A stretch of 39,709 nt of DNA from the sequence record PQ010280.1; one strand, given 5' to 3'. The position numbers were made by a program, and so were the translations under genes. The notes under the pieces were generated by a model. That model worked only from the letters and a program-made list of their open reading frames with translations, had not been told where the DNA came from and searched no databases. Positions 1-8,382 of this stretch are shown here, piece after piece; the first letter of the stretch is position 1, and each line of letters opens with the position of its first letter. Source of the stretch: Escherichia phage vB_EcoM_CQ615.

Positions 1-127
1 ACCTAAAGTTCCCCCATAGGGGTACCTAAAGCCCAGCCAATCACCTAAAGTCAACCTTCGGTTGACCTTGAGGGTTCCCTAGGGTTGGGATGACCCTTTG
101 GTTTACCTTTGAGTGTCTCCTTGTCCC
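1..127. repeat. Left copy of the direct terminal repeat (window starts about 14 nt inside it)
   Basis: 1..127 is identical base for base to 39583..39709; T7-type DTR with internal ACCTAAAG motifs. Confidence 0.9.
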
Positions 128-270
128 TATCTGTTCAGTCTCCTAAAGTCACCTCCTAAAGTCCATCATCAAGCCAACGCCTAAAGAATACCCTTAAAGA
201 CCCATCAAGTCAATCCCTATCTTAAAGATATTCTAAAGACCATACCTAAAGACCATACCTAAAGATGCCT
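128..270 (+). repeat. Array of short imperfect CCTAAAG/CTTAAAG repeats next to the left terminal repeat
   Basis: Repeated cctaaag-like heptamers at irregular spacing (e.g. tcctaaagtcacctcctaaagtcc, accatacctaaagaccatacctaaag); same organisation as the T7 left-end repeat region. Confidence 0.6.
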
Positions 271-310
271 TGTTGTTACCTATAAAGAGATTATCTTTAA
301 CCATTGTCTT

Positions 311-333
311 TAATACAACTCACTATAAGGAGA
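311..333 (+). promoter_or_regulatory. Phage RNAP promoter phiOL-like
   Basis: taatacaactcactataaggaga, one mismatch from the T7 23-mer consensus; same position as T7 phiOL. Confidence 0.8.
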
Positions 334-382
334 CTACTTAAAGGCCTTAAAGAGATTAATCAAAATAATTTAAAAAAGAGTA

Positions 383-411
383 TTGACTTAAGGAGTCCTA
401 GGGGTTACTAT
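383..411 (+). promoter_or_regulatory. Early sigma70 promoter A1-like
   Basis: -35 TTGACT (383-388), 17-nt spacer, -10 TACTAT (406-411), preceded by an A-rich tract. Confidence 0.75.
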
Positions 412-509
412 TCATCTCGTCAACGGGACAACGGCCTAAAAGCCACTCCCTGAGATACCGGGGTCAACCGGATAAGTAGACAGCCTGTAAGTCGCACGAA
501 AAACAGGCA

Positions 510-539
510 TTGACAACACGCAGTAACATGCAGTAAGAT
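510..539 (+). promoter_or_regulatory. Early sigma70 promoter A2-like
   Basis: -35 TTGACA (510-515), 18-nt spacer, -10 TAAGAT (534-539). Confidence 0.7.
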
Positions 540-616
540 ACACAGCGTCAACACGGTAGCACGGTGTCTTCTAGGTGACTTAAGCGCACCACGGCACATA
601 AGGTGAAACAAAACGG

Positions 617-645
617 TTGACAACATGCAGTAAACACGGTACGAT
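617..645 (+). promoter_or_regulatory. Early sigma70 promoter A3-like
   Basis: -35 TTGACA (617-622), 17-nt spacer, -10 TACGAT (640-645). Confidence 0.7.
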
Positions 646-763
646 GTACCACAAGCAGTAAGGGTGTAGGGATAGGAACCGAGAAACCTGCCCGCGACCC
701 GCCACGGATAAGGCACTAGCTATGAGTCGAATTCGGTCACTCATCGCATAAAAGAATAACAGG

Positions 764-792
764 TTGACAGCCTCCTTTAAAAGCTGTAAGAT
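764..792 (+). promoter_or_regulatory. Additional consensus-like sigma70 promoter
   Basis: -35 TTGACA (764-769), 17-nt spacer, -10 TAAGAT (787-792); same orientation as the early genes. Confidence 0.5.
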
Positions 793-1000
793 GTACCACA
801 GAAAGACACCGAGTGTCGTAGGTGTAAAAACGCGACATAGTGGATAGATGCCGAAAGCACAAGCGACCACGATAATAAAGAGCTTGTCGGAAATGTAACG
901 CAAGTGACGGCTAACACTGAAACAGCCTCGGCTCGACGAAACTGTAGCTTAAAGTTCTTTAACAATTTGGTAAATAGCTCTTGGGTGCACGAATAGCGGA

Positions 1001-1038
1001 TAACTCAAGGGTATCGCAAGGTGCCCTTTATGATATCC
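1001..1038 (+). promoter_or_regulatory. Putative RNase III processing hairpin (R0.3-like)
   Basis: ctcaagggtatcgcaaggtgccctttatgat; same ctcaagg...ccttt(a)tgat motif family recurs before other gene blocks. Confidence 0.45.
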
Positions 1039-1070
1039 ACTAACATTCACATACAATGAGGTAACACAAG

Positions 1071-1421
1071 ATGGCTATGTCTAACATGACTTATAACAAC
1101 GTTTTCGACCACGCTTACGAAATGCTGAAAGAAAACATCCGTTATGATGACATCCGTGACACTGATGACCTGCACGATGCAGTACACATGGCAGCCGATA
1201 GCGCCGTTCCGCACTATTACAGCGACATTTTCAGCGTAATGGCAAGCGAGGGCATTGACCTTGAGTTCGAAGACTCTGGTCTGATGCCGGACACCAAGGA
1301 CGTAATCCGTATCCTGCAAGCACGTATCTATGAGCAACTCACAATCGACCTTTGGGAAGACGCTGAGGACTTACTGAACGAGTATCTTGAGGAAGTCGAA
1401 GCAGAAGAGGATGAAGAGTAA
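1071..1421 (+). CDS. ocr: Ocr, DNA-mimic anti-restriction protein (gp0.3)
   Basis: 116 aa, [36 protein letters not shown]..., acidic C-terminus; near-identical to T7 gp0.3. Confidence 0.95.
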   Translation: MAMSNMTYNNVFDHAYEMLKENIRYDDIRDTDDLHDAVHMAADSAVPHYYSDIFSVMASEGIDLEFEDSGLMPDTKDVIRILQARIYEQLTIDLWEDAEDLLNEYLEEVEAEEDEE

Positions 1422-1576
1422 TGGCCAACAACACCACGCAATATGGTCTGACCGCTCAAACTGTACTGTTTTATAGTGACATGGTGCGCTGTGGATTTGA
1501 TTGGTCGCTCGCAATGGAACACCTTAAGGAACTGTATGAAAACAACAAGGCAATAGCCTTGGAGTCTGCTGAGTGA
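1421..1576 (+). CDS. 0.4: gp0.4-like small protein (FtsZ inhibitor in T7)
   Basis: 51 codons, ATG overlaps ocr stop (TAATG); [51 protein letters not shown]; below the ORF-track size cutoff. Confidence 0.75.
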   Translation: MANNTTQYGLTAQTVLFYSDMVRCGFDWSLAMEHLKELYENNKAIALESAE

Positions 1577-1577
1577 T

Positions 1578-1616
1578 AAACTCAAGGTCGCTCCTAGCGA
1601 GTGGCCTTTCATGATT
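1578..1616 (+). promoter_or_regulatory. Putative RNase III site (R0.5-like)
   Basis: ctcaaggtcgctcctagcgagtggcctttcatgatt hairpin motif. Confidence 0.5.
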
Positions 1617-1637
1617 ATCACTTTACTTACGGGAGTA

Positions 1638-1769
1638 ATGTATATGCTTACTATCGGTCTACTCACCGCTCTGGGTCTAGCTGTAGGCGCATCCTTTGGG
1701 AAGTCTTTGGGCGTAGCTGTAGGCTCTTACTTGGTCGCTTGTATCATCACGGGAGCACTGCGCAAATGA
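1638..1769 (+). CDS. 0.5: gp0.5-like small hydrophobic protein
   Basis: 43 aa, MYMLTIGLLTALGLAVGASFGKSLGVAVGSYLVACIITGALRK; SD gggag upstream; predicted single TM helix. Confidence 0.6.
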   Translation: MYMLTIGLLTALGLAVGASFGKSLGVAVGSYLVACIITGALRK

Positions 1770-1906
1770 TGAAACATTACGTTATGCCTATCCACACCAA
1801 GAACGGTGCTACAGTTTGCACACCTGATGGCTTCGCAATGAAACAACGCATTGAGCGCCTTAAGCGCGAACTGCGCATCAACCGCAAGCGTCTTCAACTA
1901 GGCTGA
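1766..1906 (+). CDS. 0.6: gp0.6-like small protein
   Basis: 46 aa, MMKHYVMPIHTKNGATVCTPDGFAMKQRIERLKRELRINRK...; start overlaps the 0.5 stop; the longer track ORF 1601..1906 is an upstream extension of this frame. Confidence 0.65.
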   Translation: MMKHYVMPIHTKNGATVCTPDGFAMKQRIERLKRELRINRKRLQLG

Positions 1907-1931
1907 AATTCTTGTAACTAAAGGCAACTGT

Positions 1932-2386
1932 ATGCTTAATTGCTCCAAAACGTGTATAGCATGTGGTGAGATGAAACCACTGAATATGTACTCGAAAAAT
2001 GCAGCATCGCGAGATGGTCACATCGGTACGTGTAAGAAATGCAAGGCAAAGCAACAAAGGGAACGAAGAGCCAAGGCAAAGGCTTCTGGTGCGCCAACTG
2101 AGAAGGCAATCAAGGATGCCAAGCGTAGACGAAACAATCACCTGAAAATTAGTTACGGTATCGACGAATCAGTGTACAAAAAGATGTACGAAGAACAACA
2201 CGGCGTCTGCGCCATATGTAAACAACCTGAAAGCATTGAGGGTAGGCGACTATGTGTTGACCATTCGCACATGACAGGAGACGTAAGGGTCTTCTGTGCT
2301 CAAACTGCAACAGAGGAATAGGCCTTCTTAAAGACTCACCTGAACTATTACGCAACGCTTTCTATTATTTAACTGGTAAACTCTAA
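1932..2386 (+). pseudogene. Endonuclease VII-family HNH (homing-type) endonuclease, interrupted by a -1 frameshift
   Basis: ATG 1932; CxxC pairs and core motif CAICKQPESIEGRRLCVDHSHMTGDVR in frame, frame lost at the GGG run 2287-2289 (in-frame stop at 2321); the +1 frame continues [32 protein letters not shown] to TAA 2384-2386, completing the HNH/Zn-finger signature. Confidence 0.7.
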
Positions 2387-2399
2387 AGGACACACTGTA

Positions 2400-3479
2400 A
2401 TGAACATTACCGACATCATGAACGCTATCGACGCAATCAAAGCACTGCCAATCTGTGAACTTGATAAGCGTCAAAGTATGCTCATTGATTTGCTGGTCGA
2501 GATGGTCAACAACGAAACGTGTGACGGTGAAATCACCAAGCTGGACAAGCCGCTTGAATATCAGGACTGGTGGACTACCTTAAGGTGCCTGACTACTGAC
2601 GCTGGCTTCACGATGCTCGGTAATGGTCACTTCTCCGCTGCATATAGTCACCCACTGCTGCCTAACAGAGTGATTAAGGTGGGCTTTAAGAAAGAGGATT
2701 CAGGCGCTGCGTATATCGCATTCTGCCGCATGTATCAGGGTCGCGCTGGTATCCCTAACGTCTACGATGTTCAACGCCATGCAGGCTGCTATACGGTGGT
2801 TCTTGATGCCCTGAATGAATGTGAGCGAGACGATAACTATGAGCACGACAAATACGCTGAGATTGCAAGCGACATCATTGACTGCAACTCTGATATGCAC
2901 GATTGGCGTGGCGGATGGGTTGGGGAGTTCGTCGAAACTTGCAAACTAATCCGCAAGTTCTTTGAGGGCATCGCTTCGTTCGACATGCACAGCGGGAACA
3001 TCATGTTCGACGATAATGACGTACCGTACATTACCGACCCTGTGTCATTCTCACAGAAGAAAGATGGTGGCGTGTTCAGCATGGACCCTGAGGAACTCAT
3101 CAAGGAAGTCGAGGAAGTCGCACGACAGAAAGAAATTGACCGCGCCAAGGAACGTAAAGAACGCCATGAGGGACGATTACAAGCGCGTAGAGTCAAACGC
3201 ATTAATCGCAAGGCACGTAAGGCACACCGCGCTAAGCGTGAAAGGATGCTTGCTGCGTGGCGCATGGCTGAGCGTCACGAACGGCGTAACCATGAGGTAG
3301 CTGTAGATGTGCTAGGAAGAACCAATAACGCTATGCTCTGGGCGCACATGTTCGCTGGGGACTTTAAGGCGCTTGAGGAACGAATCGCAGCGCACTGGTT
3401 CCAAGCTGACCGCATGGCTATAGCTAATGGTCTTCCACTAAACATTGATAAGAAACTTGACGCAATGCTAATGGGATGA
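2400..3479 (+). CDS. 0.7: Ser/Thr protein kinase and host transcription shutoff protein (gp0.7)
   Basis: 359 aa, [25 protein letters not shown]..., basic Arg/Lys-rich C-terminal region; near-identical to T7 gp0.7. Confidence 0.93.
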   Translation: MNITDIMNAIDAIKALPICELDKRQSMLIDLLVEMVNNETCDGEITKLDKPLEYQDWWTTLRCLTTDAGFTMLGNGHFSAAYSHPLLPNRVIKVGFKKEDSGAAYIAFCRMYQGRAGIPNVYDVQRHAGCYTVVLDALNECERDDNYEHDKYAEIASDIIDCNSDMHDWRGGWVGEFVETCKLIRKFFEGIASFDMHSGNIMFDDNDVPYITDPVSFSQKKDGGVFSMDPEELIKEVEEVARQKEIDRAKERKERHEGRLQARRVKRINRKARKAHRAKRERMLAAWRMAERHERRNHEVAVDVLGRTNNAMLWAHMFAGDFKALEERIAAHWFQADRMAIANGLPLNIDKKLDAMLMG

Positions 3480-3549
3480 TAGTCTTATCTTACAGGTCAT
3501 CTGCGGGTGGCCTGAAATAGATACGATTACTGACCGAAAGAGGTACAAA

Positions 3550-6201
3550 ATGAGCACGATTAACATCGCTAAGAACGATTTCTCTGACATCGAACTGGCT
3601 GCTATCCCGTTCAACACTCTGGCTGACCACTATGGTGAGCGTCTAGCTCGCGAACAGTTGGCCCTTGAGCATGAGTCTTACGAGATGGGCGAGGCACGTT
3701 TCCGCAAGATGTTTGAGCGTCAACTCAAGGCCGGTGAGGTTGCAGACAATGCGGCTGCTAAGCCACTGATTACTACTCTACTGCCCAAGATGGTTACACG
3801 CATCAACGACTGGTTTGAGGAAGTGAAAGCTAAGCGTGGCAAACGTCCAACCGCTTTCCAGTTCCTGCAAGGAATCAAGCCGGAAGCCGTAGCGTATATC
3901 ACCATTAAGACTACTCTTGCTTGCCTAACGAGCGTAGACAATACAACCGTTCAGGCTGTAGCAAGCGCCATCGGACGGGCTATCGAGGAAGAGGCTCGCT
4001 TCGGTCGAATCCGTGACCTAGAAGCTAAGCACTTCAAGAAAAACGTTGAGGAACAACTAAACAAGCGCGTAGGGCACGTCTATAAGAAAGCATTCATGCA
4101 AGTAGTAGAGGCCGATATGCTCTCTAAGGGTCTACTCGGTGGCGAGGCGTGGTCTACATGGCACAAGGAAGATTCCATTCACGTAGGTGTGCGCTGCATT
4201 GAGATGCTCATTGAGTCCACCGGAATGGTTAGCTTGCACCGCCAAAATGCTGGCGTAGTGGGCCAAGACTCTGAGACTATCGAGCTGGCACACGAATACG
4301 CTGAGGCTATCGCAACACGGGCTGGGGCACTGGCGGGTATCTCTCCGATGTATCAGCCTTGCATAGTACCGCCTAAACCTTGGACCGGTGTAACTGGTGG
4401 TGGATACTGGGCCAACGGTCGCCGTCCACTGGTACTGGTGCGTACCCACAGCAAGAAGGCACTGATGCGCTACGAAGATGTTTACATGCCTGAGGTATAC
4501 AAGGCGATCAACATTGCGCAAAACACCGCTTGGAAAATCAACAAGAAAGTCCTAGCGGTCGCCAACGTAATCACCAAGTGGAAGCACTGCCCGGTCGAGG
4601 ACATCCCAGCGATTGAACGTGAAGAACTCCCGATGAAACCGGAAGACATCGACACGAATCCTGAGGCTCTCACTGCATGGAAACGTGCCGCTGCCGCTGT
4701 GTACCGTAAAGACAAGGCTCGCAAGTCTCGCCGCATAAGCCTTGAGTTCATGCTTGAGCAAGCCAATAAGTTCGCTAACCATAAGGCCATCTGGTTCCCT
4801 TACAACATGGACTGGCGCGGTCGTGTTTACGCTGTGTCAATGTTCAACCCGCAAGGTAACGACATGACCAAGGGACTGCTGACACTGGCTAAGGGTAAAC
4901 CAATCGGTAAAGAAGGTTACTACTGGCTGAAAATCCACGGTGCAAACTGTGCGGGTGTCGATAAGGTTCCGTTCCCTGAGCGCATCAAGTTCATTGAGGA
5001 CAACCACGAGAACATCATGGCTTGCGCTAAGTCTCCTCTGGAGAACACTTGGTGGGCTGAGCAAGATTCTCCGTTCTGCTTCCTTGCGTTCTGCTTTGAG
5101 TACGCTGGGGTACAACACCACGGCCTTAGCTACAACTGCTCTCTTCCGCTGGCGTTCGATGGGTCTTGCTCTGGTATTCAGCACTTCTCCGCGATGCTCC
5201 TTGATGAGATAGGTGGTCGTGCGGTTAACCTGCTGCCTAGTGAAACCGTTCAGGACATCTACGGGATTGTCGCTAAGAAAGTCAACGTGATTCTGCAAGA
5301 AGACGTAATCAACGGGACCGACAACGAAGTAGTTACCGTGACTGATGAGAACACTGGCGAAATCTCTGAGAAAGTTAAGCTGGGCACCAAGGCATTGGCT
5401 GGTCAGTGGTTGGCTTACGGTGTTACTCGCAGCGTGACTAAGCGTTCAGTCATGACGCTGGCTTACGGGTCCAAAGAGTTCGGCTTCCGTCAACAAGTGC
5501 TGGAAGATACCATTCAGCCAGCTATTGATTCCGGTAAAGGTCTGATGTTCACTCAACCGAATCAGGCCGCTGGATACATGGCGAAACTGATTTGGGAAGC
5601 TGTGAGCGTCACGGTGGTAGCTGCGGTTGAAGCAATGAACTGGCTTAAGTCTGCCGCTAAGCTGCTGGCTGCTGAGGTCAAAGATAAGAAGACTGGAGAG
5701 ATTCTTCGCAAGCGTTGCGCTGTGCATTGGGTAACTCCTGATGGGTTCCCAGTGTGGCAGGAATACAAGAAGCCAATTCAGACTCGCTTGAACCTGATGT
5801 TCCTCGGTCAGTTCCGCTTACAGCCGACCATTAACACCAACAAAGACAGCGAGATTGATGCACACAAACAGGAGTCCGGTATTGCTCCTAACTTTGTACA
5901 CAGCCAAGATGGTAGCCACCTGCGTAAGACTGTAGTGTGGGCGCATGAGAAGTACGGAATCGAATCATTTGCGTTGATTCACGACTCCTTCGGGACCATT
6001 CCGGCTGACGCTGCCAACCTGTTCAAAGCTGTTCGCGAAACTATGGTTGACACCTATGAGTCTTGCGATGTACTGGCTGACTTCTATGAGCAGTTCGCTG
6101 ACCAGTTACATGAGTCTCAATTGGATAAAATGCCAGCACTTCCGGCTAAAGGTAACTTGAATCTCCAAGACATCCTTAAGTCAGACTTCGCGTTCGCGTA
6201 A
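3550..6201 (+). CDS. 1: Single-subunit DNA-dependent RNA polymerase (gp1)
   Basis: 883 aa, near-identical to T7 RNAP including the specificity loop (QPTINTNKDSEIDAHKQESGIAPNFVHSQDGSH) and C-terminal FAFA; matches the T7-type promoters in the window. Confidence 0.98.
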   Translation: MSTINIAKNDFSDIELAAIPFNTLADHYGERLAREQLALEHESYEMGEARFRKMFERQLKAGEVADNAAAKPLITTLLPKMVTRINDWFEEVKAKRGKRPTAFQFLQGIKPEAVAYITIKTTLACLTSVDNTTVQAVASAIGRAIEEEARFGRIRDLEAKHFKKNVEEQLNKRVGHVYKKAFMQVVEADMLSKGLLGGEAWSTWHKEDSIHVGVRCIEMLIESTGMVSLHRQNAGVVGQDSETIELAHEYAEAIATRAGALAGISPMYQPCIVPPKPWTGVTGGGYWANGRRPLVLVRTHSKKALMRYEDVYMPEVYKAINIAQNTAWKINKKVLAVANVITKWKHCPVEDIPAIEREELPMKPEDIDTNPEALTAWKRAAAAVYRKDKARKSRRISLEFMLEQANKFANHKAIWFPYNMDWRGRVYAVSMFNPQGNDMTKGLLTLAKGKPIGKEGYYWLKIHGANCAGVDKVPFPERIKFIEDNHENIMACAKSPLENTWWAEQDSPFCFLAFCFEYAGVQHHGLSYNCSLPLAFDGSCSGIQHFSAMLLDEIGGRAVNLLPSETVQDIYGIVAKKVNVILQEDVINGTDNEVVTVTDENTGEISEKVKLGTKALAGQWLAYGVTRSVTKRSVMTLAYGSKEFGFRQQVLEDTIQPAIDSGKGLMFTQPNQAAGYMAKLIWEAVSVTVVAAVEAMNWLKSAAKLLAAEVKDKKTGEILRKRCAVHWVTPDGFPVWQEYKKPIQTRLNLMFLGQFRLQPTINTNKDSEIDAHKQESGIAPNFVHSQDGSHLRKTVVWAHEKYGIESFALIHDSFGTIPADAANLFKAVRETMVDTYESCDVLADFYEQFADQLHESQLDKMPALPAKGNLNLQDILKSDFAFA

Positions 6202-6209
6202 CGTCAAAT

Positions 6210-6232
6210 TAATACGACTCACTATAGAGGGG
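6210..6232 (+). promoter_or_regulatory. Phage RNAP promoter phi1.1A
   Basis: taatacgactcactatagagggg. Confidence 0.85.
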
Positions 6233-6236
6233 ACAA

Positions 6237-6276
6237 ACTCAAGGTCATTCGCAAGAGTGGCCTTTATGATTGACCT
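6237..6276 (+). promoter_or_regulatory. Putative RNase III site (R1.1-like)
   Basis: actcaaggtcattcgcaagagtggcctttatgattgacc. Confidence 0.5.
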
Positions 6277-6285
6277 TCTTCCGGT

Positions 6286-6308
6286 TAATACGACTCACTA
6301 TAGGAGAA
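6286..6308 (+). promoter_or_regulatory. Phage RNAP promoter phi1.1B
   Basis: taatacgactcactataggagaa. Confidence 0.85.
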
Positions 6309-6386
6309 CCTTAAGGTTTAACTTTAAGACCCTTAAGTGTTAATTAAAGATTTAAATTAAAGAATTACTAAGAGAGGACTTTAAGT
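6309..6386 (+). other. AT-rich region downstream of phi1.1A/B, candidate primary origin of replication
   Basis: Strongly AT-rich (ttaactttaagacccttaagtgttaattaaagatttaaattaaagaattactaag) just after the paired promoters, as at the T7 primary origin. Confidence 0.45.
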
Positions 6387-6515
6387 ATGCGTAACTTCGA
6401 AAAGATGACCAAACGTTCTACCCGTAATGCTCATGACTTCGAGGCAACTAAAGGTCGCAAGTTGAATAAGACTAAGCGTGACCGTTCCCATAAGCGTAGC
6501 TGGGAGGGTCAGTAA
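6387..6515 (+). CDS. 1.1: gp1.1-like small basic protein
   Basis: 42 aa, MRNFEKMTKRSTRNAHDFEATKGRKLNKTKRDRSHKRSWEGQ. Confidence 0.7.
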   Translation: MRNFEKMTKRSTRNAHDFEATKGRKLNKTKRDRSHKRSWEGQ

Positions 6516-6516
6516 G

Positions 6517-6774
6517 ATGGGACGTTTATACAGTGGGAACTTGAATGACTTCAAGGATGCTTGCAACAGGCTCTACCAGTTAGACTTTGCTGTTATTTGT
6601 GATGAATGGCATGATGCTTACAAACGCCTTGCGTGTATACGTCTACGCGTAGAGGACAGGGCTGGAAATCTGATTGATACCAATACGTTCTGTCACCACG
6701 ATGAAGACGTCTTGTACAATACGTGTACTGACTGGCTGAACCGTATGTACGACCAGTTGAAGGACTGGAAGTAA
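6517..6774 (+). CDS. 1.2: gp1.2, inhibitor of host dGTPase (Dgt)
   Basis: 85 aa from the internal ATG of track ORF 6478..6774; MGRLYSGNL...MYDQLKDWK conserved with T7 gp1.2. Confidence 0.85.
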   Translation: MGRLYSGNLNDFKDACNRLYQLDFAVICDEWHDAYKRLACIRLRVEDRAGNLIDTNTFCHHDEDVLYNTCTDWLNRMYDQLKDWK

Positions 6775-6794
6775 TACGACTCAGTATAGGGACA
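6772..6794 (+). promoter_or_regulatory. Phage RNAP promoter phi1.3
   Basis: taatacgactcagtatagggaca. Confidence 0.8.
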
Positions 6795-6797
6795 ATG

Positions 6798-6830
6798 CTT
6801 AAGGTCGCTCATTGAGTGGCCTTAGTCATT
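6798..6830 (+). promoter_or_regulatory. Putative RNase III site (R1.3-like)
   Basis: cttaaggtcgctcattgagtggccttagtcatt. Confidence 0.5.
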
Positions 6831-6852
6831 TAACCAATAGGAGATAAACATT

Positions 6853-7878
6853 ATGATGAACATTAAGACCAACCCATTCAAAGCCGTGTCTTTCATAGAG
6901 TCTGCCATTAAGAAAGCTCTGGATAACGCTGGGTATCTTATTGCTGACATTAAGTACGATGGTGTGCGTGGTAACATCTGCGTAGACAATACCGCTAACT
7001 GCTGCTGGCTCTCTCGTGTATCCAAACCGATTCCGGCACTGTCTTACCTTAATGGGTTCGACGCACGTTGGCAGCGTCTACTAAAGGATGACCGTTGCTT
7101 CTACCCTGATGGCTTCATGCTGGATTGCGAACTTATGGTCAAGGGAGTGGACTTCAACACTGGCTCCGGCCTTCTGCGGACCAAGTGGCTCAACAAGAAG
7201 AACATGCAGTTCGATATTGGAGGTCCGTATGAATCGTGGGACGTGAGCCTGAAGGGACTTCCTTTCGGTATTGACCCGAACTTACTAACAGTTAAACTCT
7301 ACGCTATCCTTCCGTACCACATTGTGGAATCTGGGGAAGACTGTGATGTCATGACGTTGCTCATGCAGGAACACGTTAAGAACATGCTGCCTCTGCTACA
7401 GGAATACTTTCCTGAAATCGAATGGCAAGCGGCTGAGTCTTACGAGGTTTACGACATGGTAGAACTACAGCAACTGTACGAGAAGAAGCGTGAAGAAGGG
7501 CATGAGGGTCTCATTGTGAAAGACCCGATGTGCATCTACAAGCGCGGTAAGAAGTCCGGCTGGTGGAAACTTAAGCCTCTTGAGGAAGCTGACGGTATCA
7601 TTCAAGGTGTAAACTGGGGAACCGAAGGGCTTGCTAACGAAGGTAAGGTAATTGGATTCAAGGTGCTTCTTGAGACTGGTCGTCTTGTGGATGCCAATAA
7701 CATCTCTCGCGCCTTAATGGATGAATTTACAGCTAACGTTAAAGAACATGGCGAGGACTATTATAATGGCTGGGCTTGCCAGATTGGATTTATGGAGGAA
7801 ACACCAGATGGCTCATTGCGTCACCCGTCCTTCACCTGCTTCCGAGGAACTGAGGACAATCCGAAAGAGAAAGTATAA
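6853..7878 (+). CDS. 1.3: ATP-dependent DNA ligase (gp1.3)
   Basis: 341 aa, MMNIKTNPFKAVSF..., adenylation motif KYDGVRG; T7 ligase-like but shorter (T7: 359 aa) with divergent internal patches. Confidence 0.93.
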   Translation: MMNIKTNPFKAVSFIESAIKKALDNAGYLIADIKYDGVRGNICVDNTANCCWLSRVSKPIPALSYLNGFDARWQRLLKDDRCFYPDGFMLDCELMVKGVDFNTGSGLLRTKWLNKKNMQFDIGGPYESWDVSLKGLPFGIDPNLLTVKLYAILPYHIVESGEDCDVMTLLMQEHVKNMLPLLQEYFPEIEWQAAESYEVYDMVELQQLYEKKREEGHEGLIVKDPMCIYKRGKKSGWWKLKPLEEADGIIQGVNWGTEGLANEGKVIGFKVLLETGRLVDANNISRALMDEFTANVKEHGEDYYNGWACQIGFMEETPDGSLRHPSFTCFRGTEDNPKEKV

Positions 7879-8278
7879 GTATAACCCTGCGGCTCCTTCG
7901 GGAGTCATTTCTGCCTCTGGTAAACCCATAGGGTACAAGCGGAAAGATGGGTATTGGGTTCTTTCTTATGGAGGAAAGCAGTTACTTGCACACAGGGTGG
8001 TCTGGATGCTTAACTTCGGTGCAATACCCGATGGAATGGTGATAGACCACATTAACAGAAACCCTAGCGACAACCGCATAGAGAATCTTCGAGTAGTAAC
8101 TCAATCAGCTAACCTAAGGAATGTAGGCGTCCGGTCTCACTGTAGGAGTGGAGAGAAGTTTATCTCCCTTGATGTGAGAACCGGACGTTTTTCCGTTCGT
8201 ATCAGGAGAAAATCCTATGGAACATATGGTACTCTCGAAGAGGCTATAGCTGTGCGCGATGCTAATACGACTCACTAA
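7808..8278 (+). CDS. HNH endonuclease with AP2-like DNA-binding tail (homing-endonuclease-like); start uncertain
   Basis: Open frame to TAA 8276-8278; HNH core GYWVLSYGGKQLLAHRVVWMLNFGAIPDGMVIDHINRNPSDNRIENLRVVTQSANLRN, then SVRIRRKSYGTYGTLEEAIAVRDAN; the only in-frame ATG before the HNH core with an SD (GGAGGA 7794-7799) is 7808, inside the ligase 3' end; no ATG/GTG/TTG lies between the ligase stop and the core. Confidence 0.55.
   Translation: MAHCVTRPSPASEELRTIRKRKYKYNPAAPSGVISASGKPIGYKRKDGYWVLSYGGKQLLAHRVVWMLNFGAIPDGMVIDHINRNPSDNRIENLRVVTQSANLRNVGVRSHCRSGEKFISLDVRTGRFSVRIRRKSYGTYGTLEEAIAVRDANTTH
7888..7912 (+). terminator. Weak hairpin after the ligase gene (possible early terminator TE analogue)
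   Basis: ggctcc-ttcg-ggagtc: 6-bp stem with one G-U pair and a UUCG tetraloop, followed by auuucu; position matches where T7 places TE. Confidence 0.3.
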
Positions 8279-8286
8279 AGGAGGTA
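8264..8286 (+). promoter_or_regulatory. Phage RNAP promoter phi1.5
   Basis: taatacgactcactaaaggaggt; overlaps the last codons and stop of the upstream HNH ORF. Confidence 0.8.
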
Positions 8287-8292
8287 CACATC

Positions 8293-8382
8293 ATGATGTA
8301 CTTAATGCCATTACTCATTGTCATCATAGGATGCCTTGCGCTCCACTGTAGCGATGACGATATGCCAGATGGTCATGCTTAA
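8293..8382 (+). CDS. 1.5: gp1.5-like small protein
   Basis: 29 aa, MMYLMPLLIVIIGCLALHCSDDDMPDGHA; stop overlaps phi1.6. Confidence 0.6.
   Translation: MMYLMPLLIVIIGCLALHCSDDDMPDGHA

Noticed and set aside
128-270. Short repeated CCTAAAG units considered as a possible CRISPR array
   Set aside because: The units are only 7-8 nt with irregular spacing and no repeat-spacer periodicity; they match the T7-type terminal-region repeats found at both genome ends.
1601-1906. 101-aa ORF from the six-frame track
   Set aside because: Its N-terminal part is an unsupported upstream extension in the gene 0.6 frame overlapping gene 0.5; the SD and conserved protein starts support the shorter 0.5 (1638..1769) and 0.6 (1766..1906) calls instead.
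2962-3300. 112-aa alternate-frame ORF inside the kinase gene (likewise 4940..5212 inside RNAP and 27011..27343 inside gene 14)
   Set aside because: Embedded in well-supported genes, Ser/Arg-rich low-complexity translation typical of off-frame reading, no SD.
7721-7807. Upstream part of track ORF 7721..8278 (starting MNLQLTLKNMARTII...)
   Set aside because: This stretch lies deep inside the ligase gene in another frame with no SD at 7721; only the segment from ATG 7808 (with SD) onward is plausible for the HNH protein.
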